Positions 1 to 7,576 of a DNA stretch of 32,000 nucleotides are shown here, piece by piece. The translations under genes were made by a program, and so were the position numbers. Source of the DNA: Pyrobaculum sp. (GTDB taxonomy: Archaea > Thermoproteota > Thermoprotei > Thermoproteales > Thermoproteaceae); the NCBI GenBank assembly GCA_038832545.1, contig JAWBJM010000002.1:1-32000 (forward strand). The letters are read 5' to 3'. Under the pieces are notes generated by a model. That model ran no database searches. It had not been told where the DNA came from and saw nothing but the letters and a program-made list of their open reading frames with translations. The first letter of the stretch is position 1. Each line of letters opens with the position of its first letter.

Positions 1-150
1 CATTCAAGGGATATAGACAACTTGAGAAAAGAACGGATCTTTGCGCGGGTTGCAGTGGTTACTTATGTATTTACGCTCGTGTATATTGTCGCTAGATTTA
101 CTCTAGAGATTTTGTACGTCGTAGTTGACCCTAGGATAAGGTTATCATGA
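1..150 (+). CDS. ABC transporter permease, C-terminal fragment (DppB/OppB-like); 5-prime end lies outside the window
   Basis: Frame 1 is open from base 1 and ends ...FTLEILYVVVDPRIRLS*, a typical C-terminal tail of peptide/nickel ABC permeases. The stop overlaps the next start (ATGA at 147-150). Confidence 0.7.
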   Translation, partial: HSRDIDNLRKERIFARVAVVTYVFTLVYIVARFTLEILYVVVDPRIRLS

Positions 151-1562
151 TTAGAGATTTTTTAAGAAGTCCCGCTGGCGTCGCTGGTATTACAATACTT
201 TTGCTATTCTCAATAATTTCTATTGTAGTAGTGTTGAGTTTTCCACTAGACTACGGGGTGAGGTATTGGTCTAATCCAAAATATTGGGAAGACTATCCGA
301 AACTCGTCCCGCCGGTGTGGTACAACTATTTAGTGCCGTATAAATTCCCACAACATTACGTGTATGATTTAGATAAACCTACAGAGATGGAGAATGGAGT
401 GAAAAGTTGGGTATTTATTTACGATTTTGATGCCGATAGATTCCCCACTGGTATAATTCTGAAGTATCAAAATCTAACATTTCACGGAGGTTATCCTTTA
501 ATATCGTTGATTGTAAAAAGACCAGATGATTCAGTAATACATCTACTTAATTTCGACCCAGGTATACCTCCCCCGAGGCGAGATGAAAGTCCTCCATATT
601 TGAGATTTATTGAAAGCCCTAGAACTATAATAATAAGAGCAGAGGCGCAGGCTCTTAGAAACGTGGTAAGGTTTGCAGAAACTCTTGGTGTCCAATGTAC
701 ATTAACTGAAGTCCGCAACGCCGATTTACTAACCCATATTGTGTTCGGAAAGGCGGTTGGCGAAAAATGTGTCAGTGAATCCTTCCAGCCTTTGAAGGGG
801 AGGTATGTATTCATAGTTCAGCTCATAGGCGACCCCAATGACAATATTGGAAATGTGAGACTAGTTGTCCAAGGTGGTGTTTATGGACTTATGGGCACAG
901 ATTACCTCGGCAGAGATCTAGCTCAGGGCCTAATGTTTGGCTTTCCAGTGGCGTTGTTTATAGGCGGTGTGGTGGCTCTGTTAGCTACATTAGTGGGGAT
1001 GGCGTTGGGCATAATTAGTGGGTACGTGGGGGGGAGATTAGACGAAGGGATACAGAGATTTGCCGATATCATGAATAATCTACCGACTCTGCCGTTGTTG
1101 ATACTGTTTGTGTTTGTGCTTGGGAGGAGCTTATTTAATATCATATTTGTCTTAGTTTTATTCGGCTGGGCTGGTACGACTATAATAGTGAGGTCGATGG
1201 TTTTAAGTATTAAATCAAGTCCATTTATTGAAGCTGCAAAATTAGCTGGCGCTGGTAGACTTTGGATTATGAGGAAGCACATACTGCCGCCTGTGCTGCC
1301 CTACTCTTTTGCCTTAATGATATTTAATGTACCTGGCGCCATCTTAGCAGAAGCTGGCCTTAGCTTTCTTGGGCTCGGGGACCCCTCGATACCTACATGG
1401 GGCCAAATTATGCAACAGGCTTTTGACAACGGCGCTTTGCAAAACTTTGCTTGGTGGTGGATCCTGCCCCCTGGTTTATTAATTGTATTGACAGCCGTGG
1501 GGTTTGTCCTCGTCTTTTTTGCGCTCGAGCCGTTGGTGAACCCGAGGCTTAGGCGACAATAA
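147..1562 (+). CDS. ABC transporter permease, peptide/nickel family (DppC/OppC-like) with a long N-terminal extracytoplasmic insert
   Basis: 471-aa ORF with an N-terminal TM helix. The C-terminal half is a multi-TM permease core with the EAA loop (IEAAKLAGAGRLWIMRKHILPP). It is translationally coupled to the upstream permease fragment. Confidence 0.85.
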   Translation: MIRDFLRSPAGVAGITILLLFSIISIVVVLSFPLDYGVRYWSNPKYWEDYPKLVPPVWYNYLVPYKFPQHYVYDLDKPTEMENGVKSWVFIYDFDADRFPTGIILKYQNLTFHGGYPLISLIVKRPDDSVIHLLNFDPGIPPPRRDESPPYLRFIESPRTIIIRAEAQALRNVVRFAETLGVQCTLTEVRNADLLTHIVFGKAVGEKCVSESFQPLKGRYVFIVQLIGDPNDNIGNVRLVVQGGVYGLMGTDYLGRDLAQGLMFGFPVALFIGGVVALLATLVGMALGIISGYVGGRLDEGIQRFADIMNNLPTLPLLILFVFVLGRSLFNIIFVLVLFGWAGTTIIVRSMVLSIKSSPFIEAAKLAGAGRLWIMRKHILPPVLPYSFALMIFNVPGAILAEAGLSFLGLGDPSIPTWGQIMQQAFDNGALQNFAWWWILPPGLLIVLTAVGFVLVFFALEPLVNPRLRRQ

Positions 1563-1590
1563 GTTTAAAAAGCCTGGGCTTTTGTGTCTT

Positions 1591-2049
1591 GTGTCTTATG
1601 AAATTAGAGCTATTGTACGCATCGGAGACACAGACCTAGATGGTAATAAACAAGTGGTGTATGCCCTGGCAAAGATTAGAGGAATTGGAATCTCTACAGC
1701 GTATGCCATCTGTTGGAAAATTGGCATAGATCCTCACGCCGTATTGGGGATGTTGTCTGAAGATCAGATAAATAGGCTCGATTGGGCCGTCCGTAATTTA
1801 AATGAAATAGCGCCTTCGTGGTTTTTAAATAGGAGAAAAGACCCAGAGACGGGTCGCGACTTACATCTCATAGGGTCTGAGCTTGTTTTAGCGGCAAAAC
1901 GCGACGTAGACTTAATGAAAAAGTTAAAGAATTGGAAAGGCGTAAGGCACTCTCTAGGTCTAAAGGTGAGAGGTCAGAGAAGTGTGACTACTGGAAGATT
2001 TGGCGTAACCGCTGGCGTGACTAAGAAAAAGTCGGCTAGAGGTAAGTAA
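1591..2049 (+). CDS. rps13: 30S ribosomal protein S13 (uS13)
   Basis: IRAIVRIGDTDLDGNKQVVYALAKIRGIGISTAYAICWKIGIDP... is a clear uS13 sequence. The ORF track starts at TTG 1582. I prefer the in-frame GTG at 1591 because an A/T box (GTTTAAAAAG, 1563-1572) lies about 24 nt upstream, which fits a leaderless start. Confidence 0.9.
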   Translation: MSYEIRAIVRIGDTDLDGNKQVVYALAKIRGIGISTAYAICWKIGIDPHAVLGMLSEDQINRLDWAVRNLNEIAPSWFLNRRKDPETGRDLHLIGSELVLAAKRDVDLMKKLKNWKGVRHSLGLKVRGQRSVTTGRFGVTAGVTKKKSARGK

Positions 2050-2079
2050 AGTTTTTAAAAAAAGAGTTGGCGTGACCAT

Positions 2080-2556
2080 ATGGGCGGTTTAAAGAAACCA
2101 AGAAAGAAATACCTAGAGGGAAAACCTAAAAAAATATGGAATAGACAACTCTTACTTGAGGAATTGCAGCTCATGGGAGAGTATGGATTGAGAAACAAAA
2201 AAGAACTATGGCTAGCCAGGTCTAAGTTAAAATGGATTGTGAGACGGGCCCGCTCTCTTTTATCAATGACTGCAGAAGAGAGGGCTCCCCTTGAGATGCC
2301 ATTCAAAGAGAGATTATACGAACAAGGCTATATAGATGATGTAAACGTGCCTTTGGATAGAATCCTTTCTCTTGACGTAAGGGCTATACTCGAGCGTAGG
2401 CTTCAGACTGTTGTCTATAGGCTTGGACTAGCTAAGTCTATACACCACGCCCGTCAATTAATTGTACATGGCCATGTGCTAGTAGATGGGAGAAGAGTGA
2501 CTTCTCCTGGTTTCTTAGTCACAAGAGAATTAGAAAGTAAGATTTCACTAAAGTAG
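2080..2556 (+). CDS. rps4: 30S ribosomal protein S4 (uS4)
   Basis: [40 protein letters not shown]... plus a C-terminal S4 RNA-binding domain ([22 protein letters not shown]). An A/T box at 2051-2064 lies about 23 nt upstream of the ATG. Confidence 0.92.
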   Translation: MGGLKKPRKKYLEGKPKKIWNRQLLLEELQLMGEYGLRNKKELWLARSKLKWIVRRARSLLSMTAEERAPLEMPFKERLYEQGYIDDVNVPLDRILSLDVRAILERRLQTVVYRLGLAKSIHHARQLIVHGHVLVDGRRVTSPGFLVTRELESKISLK

Positions 2557-2597
2557 AACCTGTCGTAGTCGTTCACGGAGGTGCGGGCTCTTGGGAA

Positions 2598-3458
2598 TTG
2601 GGAGAAAAAGAGAGGGCTTTAGTAGAGAATAAACTCAGAGAGGCAGTATTAGAAGGCCTAGAGAGGCTTCGTAGTGGAGACGCCATAGATGCCGTAGTCG
2701 CCGCCGTAGAGTATATGGAGAAGTCTGGAGTATTTAATGCAGGTTACGGCTCTGTTTACTCATTAGACGGCGGAGTATTTTTAGACGCCGGCGTCGTGGA
2801 CGGCCGATCTATGAAGGCAGGCTCTGTCGCAGCTGTCGACGGCGTTGTGAGCGCTGTGAAACTTGCCCGCTACGTCTTAGAAAATACGGATCACGTAATA
2901 ATCGCCGGCCACGGGGCGAAAGCGCTTGCTGCAAGAGCGGGACTTCTCGCGCCGTTATATAAATTTTACTCAGATGAAAAAAATAGACGTTACAACGAGT
3001 TATTAGAGAAACTACGTGGAGGTGAGTGGATTTATAAAAAAATCACTCCCTTTATAGGCGACACTGTTGGGGCAGTGGCGTTAGACAAAGAAGGCAATGT
3101 GGCTGCTGCTGTCTCCACAGGAGGGATTTGGCTAAAGTGGCCGGGGAGAATAGGCGATAGTCCAATACCGGGGGCTGGGTTTTGGGCTGAAAACGGAGTG
3201 GGGGCCTTCAGCGCTACAGGCGTGGGGGAGGTGATTATTATGTCCGCTCTGTCGTTAAGAGCCCGCGACGAGCTTATAAAAACAGGCGATATAGGCGTTG
3301 CAGTAGAGAAGGCGATAGGGTTCGTGACTGAGTCGTACGGCCCAAATACGGCTGGGATAATAGGGATTGACTCCAAGGGGAGGCCCGCCTACGCCTATAA
3401 CACAAAGGCAATGGCGAGGGGGTGGGGAAAACGCGGGGAGATTTACGTAGATCTTTAG
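2598..3458 (+). CDS. Isoaspartyl peptidase / L-asparaginase (Ntn hydrolase, peptidase T2 / plant-type asparaginase family)
   Basis: The autoprocessing and nucleophile region GDTVGAVALDKEGNVAAAVSTGG is present, followed by GAGFWAE and ATGVGEVI motifs. The only canonical start is TTG 2598. The same frame is open from 2541 and encodes the conserved PVVVVHGGAGSW upstream of that start (see findings). Confidence 0.8.
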   Translation: MGEKERALVENKLREAVLEGLERLRSGDAIDAVVAAVEYMEKSGVFNAGYGSVYSLDGGVFLDAGVVDGRSMKAGSVAAVDGVVSAVKLARYVLENTDHVIIAGHGAKALAARAGLLAPLYKFYSDEKNRRYNELLEKLRGGEWIYKKITPFIGDTVGAVALDKEGNVAAAVSTGGIWLKWPGRIGDSPIPGAGFWAENGVGAFSATGVGEVIIMSALSLRARDELIKTGDIGVAVEKAIGFVTESYGPNTAGIIGIDSKGRPAYAYNTKAMARGWGKRGEIYVDL

Positions 3459-3655
3459 GCCTTCTTCCGCCAAGTTTTAGTATCGGGGTCAAACTTAAAC
3501 CCCATTTTCTTCAACTCGTTTATAGTCTCCCTGAACTGAGACTCAGGGAGCCTCTTCCCCTTGCCCACTCTTACCACGATCTCGCCCTCCTCCTCTGTGA
3601 AGTCGACGGGGAGCCTCCGAAGAGTTTCCTCAACGTTTTTCTTCCTCTCGCCCAT
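3455..3655 (-). CDS. Small basic/acidic hypothetical protein (66 aa)
   Basis: ATG start with a TATA-like box (CTTATATA on the minus strand, 3675-3682) about 23 nt upstream. Highly charged sequence ending KKMGFKFDPDTKTWRKKA. The 3-prime end overlaps the asparaginase stop by 4 nt (convergent). Confidence 0.6.
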   Translation of the reverse strand: MGERKKNVEETLRRLPVDFTEEEGEIVVRVGKGKRLPESQFRETINELKKMGFKFDPDTKTWRKKA

Positions 3656-3685
3656 TGGACCATGGGATTGGGGGTATATAAGTTT

Positions 3686-4039
3686 TTAGAAAAGCCGGGA
3701 TATTTTAACAATTTTTTTGTTCGCGAGCTCCAAGGCCCACTGAGGCAGCTCAAATCTCTTTAAAACGTAGTTCACAAGCCGCTCAATCTCGTCGCAGTCA
3801 GAGCCGCCTTGCTCTCTACAAAGCTTTACTAAAAATTTAGACCGGGCCTCGAAGAGCTCGGGGGTCATTTTAATGCGTTTACACTCGTGGTCGTAGGTGT
3901 AGCCCCGCTCTAAATCCCTCATGTGTAAATAGAGGTGGGCCGCCGCCTTGGCTAAGTCCATTCTGCCTCCCTCTACGTAAACCCCCTCTGCTAATGCGTA
4001 ACAACTCTGAACGCCGGAGTATATTGACCTCTTCTCCAC
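3686..4039 (-). CDS. Hypothetical protein (117 aa)
   Basis: GTG-initiated ORF with no better competing frame. An A/T-rich box in the 38-nt gap shared with the divergent DUF72 gene could serve as its promoter. I recognise no domain. Confidence 0.55.
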   Translation of the reverse strand: MEKRSIYSGVQSCYALAEGVYVEGGRMDLAKAAAHLYLHMRDLERGYTYDHECKRIKMTPELFEARSKFLVKLCREQGGSDCDEIERLVNYVLKRFELPQWALELANKKIVKISRLF

Positions 4040-4077
4040 GCGGAATTACTCTTATAAGTTAAAAAGACTACGTCTAC

Positions 4078-4791
4078 GTGCAGGTGTTAGTGGGCACGTG
4101 CGGATTTCCCAAATCGCGCAGAGTTATATACTCTACGCTAGACGCGGTGGAGCTACAAGAGACGTTTTACAACATGCCAAACCCGGAGAAAATGGCGCAA
4201 CTCCGCCGCGAGGCGCCGGATTTTCGCTTCACGGCAAAGGTCTTCCAAGGGATAACCCACAGCCCGGACAGCCCCACTTTTAAACGCACCAGAGGGTTCA
4301 AACCAGGCGTAGGTCACGGGCTGTTAAAACCCACGCGGGAGAATTTACAGCTCTGGGATCAATTCACAGAGGCAGTCGCCCCCCTCCGCCCCGATGTATT
4401 AATTTTTCAAACCCCTCCAAGCCTCAAGCCAGAGCCCCATATCTACGACTTCTTCACCGCCGTTGTTGGAAGGTGGAGGTTGGCGTGGGAGCCAAGGGGG
4501 CAGACCTACGGCGACATAAAGCTTATAGAAAAGGTGGCGGAGCTGGGCGTTGTAATTGTGGTGGATCCCCTGCGGAAAGAGCCCACTACCGCTAGATACC
4601 ACTACTTTAGACTACACGGACTCGGAGGGCGGGAGGTAAACTACAGATATAAATACACGGCGCAAGACCTCCAGAGACTTGCGTCAATTATAAAACAGCT
4701 AAAGGGCGAGGAGGCCTATGTCATGTTTAACAACATCTACATGTACGATGACGCAGTGGAGTTTAAACGCATCTACGCTACAAGCGTATAA
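4078..4791 (+). CDS. DUF72 (UPF0759) family protein
   Basis: N-terminal VGTCGFP... and FYNMP motifs, with length and overall pattern typical of DUF72. GTG start about 23 nt downstream of TTATAAG (4052-4058). Confidence 0.75.
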   Translation: MQVLVGTCGFPKSRRVIYSTLDAVELQETFYNMPNPEKMAQLRREAPDFRFTAKVFQGITHSPDSPTFKRTRGFKPGVGHGLLKPTRENLQLWDQFTEAVAPLRPDVLIFQTPPSLKPEPHIYDFFTAVVGRWRLAWEPRGQTYGDIKLIEKVAELGVVIVVDPLRKEPTTARYHYFRLHGLGGREVNYRYKYTAQDLQRLASIIKQLKGEEAYVMFNNIYMYDDAVEFKRIYATSV

Positions 4792-5201
4792 ACCTGCCAA
4801 CGGCGTATGTAAAACGGCAAGTTTAGAGGCAACGCCGAGAGGCCCGAGGCCCCAGTCGCGTTGGGCGGCAGAGCCGCGGCGACAACGGCGAGGCTCCACA
4901 AGGCGTCAACCGCGCCGGGGAGATAGGCGGCCAGCATACGCTCCCAGAAGCGAAGACAAGAGGCAGAAAGAGGCGTTAAAAATGTTTCACACAGAAAAAC
5001 GCCGGGCAAGCCTCAGCCGATGTTACGCAAATCCCGGCGGTCTGCACCTCTCACGGTAATACGGTTGCAGAGAGCTATATGTAGATTTTCACAGCGGCGG
5101 CCAGGAGGCGGGTCAATCTCGCCGACTTACATCAATCGACTCTACTGTTCCGAGCACCTCCAGTAGATGCCAAGTTACGATACTTTTCAACCAGAATAAA
5201 A

Positions 5202-5209
5202 TTTATAAA
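5202..5209 (+). promoter_or_regulatory. TATA box (TTTATAAA) for a leaderless peptide / rSAM / MFS transcript
   Basis: The palindromic octamer TTTATAAA is centred about 24 nt upstream of ATG 5229. The same octamer sits at the same distance from both intron-containing tRNA genes. Confidence 0.6.
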
Positions 5210-5228
5210 CTCTTTTTTTTTGAGGAAT

Positions 5229-5366
5229 ATGAATACGGCAAGTTACTTACAGCAACCGATATTAGATAACTACGGTAGAGTGAAGATAGCGGTTGCAGAG
5301 ATTGAGGAAATTCCTACGTACGAGATGCAATCGCTTTGTATCAATATATTTTGTAAAATAACTTAA
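5229..5366 (+). CDS. Small peptide, 45 aa (candidate RiPP precursor): MNTASYLQQPILDNYGRVKIAVAEIEEIPTYEMQSLCINIFCKIT
   Basis: Hand translation; the ORF is below the track cutoff. ATG at promoter distance, stop 5 nt before the radical SAM gene. Acidic N-terminal part and a hydrophobic C-terminal part with two Cys. Confidence 0.55.
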   Translation: MNTASYLQQPILDNYGRVKIAVAEIEEIPTYEMQSLCINIFCKIT

Positions 5367-5371
5367 CGAGG

Positions 5372-6334
5372 ATGGGGGAGGTTAAAATCCCACCTCCTTT
5401 TTTCCCTTATATCTCTTCTAAAATTCTACATCTTGTAATGATAGTTACTGAAAATTGTAATTTTAGATGTGTATATTGTTATGAAAGATTTCAACCTAAT
5501 ATTATGGATAAAGATGTGAGTGAAGGAGTTATTAACTTAATAAAAGTTCGCGCGCCGGAGCTATGGTTATTACAGATATCATGGTTCGGTGGCGAGCCTA
5601 TGTTGTACTATAGGTATATTATAAATTTTATGAAAGCTATAGAGGAATATAAACACGATAACTTAAAAATAGTCGGTGACATTAGTACAAACGGTTATTT
5701 ATTAGATCTAGAAAAATTGAAGAATCTTCTTAAACATCATGTCAAGCTTTTCCAAATAACTCTTGATGGCGATAAAACATATCACGATAAAGTCAGAGTT
5801 AAAGCTGACGGCGGGCCTACTTTTGAAAAAATATGGAATAATATAATCACGGCTTCGAGAACCGATCTAGATTTTGAATTTATATTGAGAATACATGTAC
5901 ATAGGGATAATGTGGATAGCGTGAAAAATCTTCTTGCAATGATAGCCTCCGTGATAGGTTCCGATAGGAGATTTAGAATATTTATACGACCTATTGGCAT
6001 GTTTGGCGGTCCAAATGATCATTTGATAAAAACACCGGATCTCGCCACAGTGGGTAAGTTACGTGAATATGCTAAGTCATTAGGTCTGAGGGTATTGGAG
6101 GGCAAGGGCGTGTGCTATGCCTCTGCGCTAAACTCTTTTGTGGTTTATCCAGATGGAAGAGTTGGAAAGTGTACTGTTGCGCTCTATGATGAGAAAAATA
6201 TCGTAGGACGCATCAATAGGGATGGCTCGCTTACTTTAGACGGGGATAAAATCTTGTGGTGGGCTCGTGGGATTCTTCGGGGCGATTTTGAAACAGCCTC
6301 TTGCCCATATGCGGCGCCGGACGCCCGACTCTAG
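5372..6334 (+). CDS. Radical SAM enzyme with a truncated SPASM (twitch-like) C-terminal region; AslB/anSME-like peptide-maturase type
   Basis: CNFRCVYC (CX3CX2C, Cys29/33/36; 5456-5479), GGEP SAM motif, C-terminal CX13GX4C (Cys248, Cys267) and one further Cys (Cys311). The protein has six Cys in total. Confidence 0.85.
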   Translation: MGEVKIPPPFFPYISSKILHLVMIVTENCNFRCVYCYERFQPNIMDKDVSEGVINLIKVRAPELWLLQISWFGGEPMLYYRYIINFMKAIEEYKHDNLKIVGDISTNGYLLDLEKLKNLLKHHVKLFQITLDGDKTYHDKVRVKADGGPTFEKIWNNIITASRTDLDFEFILRIHVHRDNVDSVKNLLAMIASVIGSDRRFRIFIRPIGMFGGPNDHLIKTPDLATVGKLREYAKSLGLRVLEGKGVCYASALNSFVVYPDGRVGKCTVALYDEKNIVGRINRDGSLTLDGDKILWWARGILRGDFETASCPYAAPDARL

Positions 6335-6343
6335 GTATTAAAC

Positions 6344-7576
6344 ATGGTAGGTAAATCCAGGGCTCTTCTCCTGTTGTTGCTCTATTACTCTCCGGTGTGT
6401 GCAACTAGCGCCGTGCTTGGCGTGATAGTAGGGGTTTTTAGCTTTAGAGAACTGGGGATCTTGGGCGCGGCCCTCTCCCTACTGCTTATGCTTATGCCGA
6501 GCTTAATATCCCTATTCGGCGGGGTTTTATCTGATAAAATCGGGAGGGAGAAGTACGCCCTCATAGCGTCAAACATTGCTTCGTCTATTGCGGTGGGGGC
6601 TATGGCGTTTGTTAACGACATATTTCTGTTATTCGCCTTGTACGCCGCCGTGCAGCTAATTGGCGCCTTCACCTCGCCCGTTATATCTGCATATATCCGC
6701 GAGGTATTGGGAGACTATACACATATCTTAAAATTCCGCTCCCTCTCCAGGGCCGTATGTTCAAGTATTAACGTAGCCGCGGCTATAGCCGCCGGCCTTC
6801 TTCTACTCACAAGCAGTAAGTACGCAATCCCCCTATTTCTACTCTCAGCGGCGCTCACGGCATTGTCCACCGCCCCGCTCCTCTTCCTCGACGTGAGAGG
6901 CAGGCCCCGCGGAGGCGCGACGCTCACCGGTATCTTCGGCGCCGTAAGAAGACAGCTGGAGTCAGACCCCTCCATGAGGCTCCTATTCCTCATATACATG
7001 ACGACAGGTATTTTCTCAATGCCCCCTCTACTACTGTGGATATACGACTACTATGGAAATTTAGAGCTGGGGTGGAGCATTACGTTAGTGCTTATGGAAA
7101 TCGGCGGGGCGCTCGGCGGCTTGCTCTCCGCCAGAGTAGGGACCGGCGACTTCTTCCGTATCGCGCTGGCGTTGCCCCTACCCGCGTTAATCACAGGTGC
7201 AATGCCCTTAGTAACAAAAGAGGTAATCGGCTTCTTCATAGTGCTGGCGGCACTATTCATAGAGCAGATACTCCACACCGTCTTCTCCACAGCCTCTACC
7301 AGCTACATAACGGCGTATAGCAGAAGAGAAGCAGTCGCAACGACGATATCCAGCTTCCTGGCGGTTCAGACGGTGATGAATATGATTGGATTAGCCCTAT
7401 GGTCAGCCGTTGCCACGTACATATACCCGCCGTATGTAATGATAGGCGGCATGTCGGCCGAGCTGGTCGTACTAGCCCTACTACTCAACGCCCTAGCACG
7501 ACGGCAGAAACCCCCTCAGACGCCGCCAGCTTCCTCCCACGGCGTTACCTCATCGCAGCCCCCGGCGGCGAATTAA
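6344..7576 (+). CDS. MFS transporter (putative exporter)
   Basis: 410 aa, about 12 hydrophobic segments, MFS signature between TM2 and TM3 (GGVLSDKIGREKY). Starts 9 nt after the rSAM stop. Pro/Ser-rich C-terminal tail. Confidence 0.85.
   Translation: MVGKSRALLLLLLYYSPVCATSAVLGVIVGVFSFRELGILGAALSLLLMLMPSLISLFGGVLSDKIGREKYALIASNIASSIAVGAMAFVNDIFLLFALYAAVQLIGAFTSPVISAYIREVLGDYTHILKFRSLSRAVCSSINVAAAIAAGLLLLTSSKYAIPLFLLSAALTALSTAPLLFLDVRGRPRGGATLTGIFGAVRRQLESDPSMRLLFLIYMTTGIFSMPPLLLWIYDYYGNLELGWSITLVLMEIGGALGGLLSARVGTGDFFRIALALPLPALITGAMPLVTKEVIGFFIVLAALFIEQILHTVFSTASTSYITAYSRREAVATTISSFLAVQTVMNMIGLALWSAVATYIYPPYVMIGGMSAELVVLALLLNALARRQKPPQTPPASSHGVTSSQPPAAN

Noticed and set aside
491-1282. Minus-strand ORFs 491-814 and 923-1282 inside the ABC permease gene
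   Set aside because: They are antisense to a well-supported permease CDS, have low-complexity sequences and show no promoter context. They look like typical shadow ORFs.
3032-3763. ORFs 3032-3376(-), 3255-3473(-), 3274-3492(-), 3422-3763(+), 3571-3753(-)
   Set aside because: They overlap the asparaginase gene, or the better-supported 66-aa and 117-aa minus-strand genes, in other frames. Their composition is Pro/Arg/Ser-rich and looks like out-of-frame translation.
4699-5059. ORFs 4718-5059(+, Arg-rich), 4773-5009(-, 78 aa) and 4699-4899(-) in the GC-rich stretch
   Set aside because: The Arg/Pro-rich or Ala/Leu-rich content is what GC-rich non-coding DNA yields on translation. They overlap the DUF72 3-prime end, and no TATA box lies at the right distance. 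The 78-aa hydrophobic ORF cannot be fully excluded.
4800-5175. Tested the GC-rich region as SRP RNA or RNase P RNA
   Set aside because: I could not find the SRP helix-8 GGAA-tetraloop/AGCA context on either strand. I also could not find the RNase P CR-I (GAGGAAAGUCC-like) and CR-IV/V pairing partners on the same strand. ACAGAAAAACGCC on the plus strand pairs only with a segment about 20 nt away, which is inconsistent with P4.
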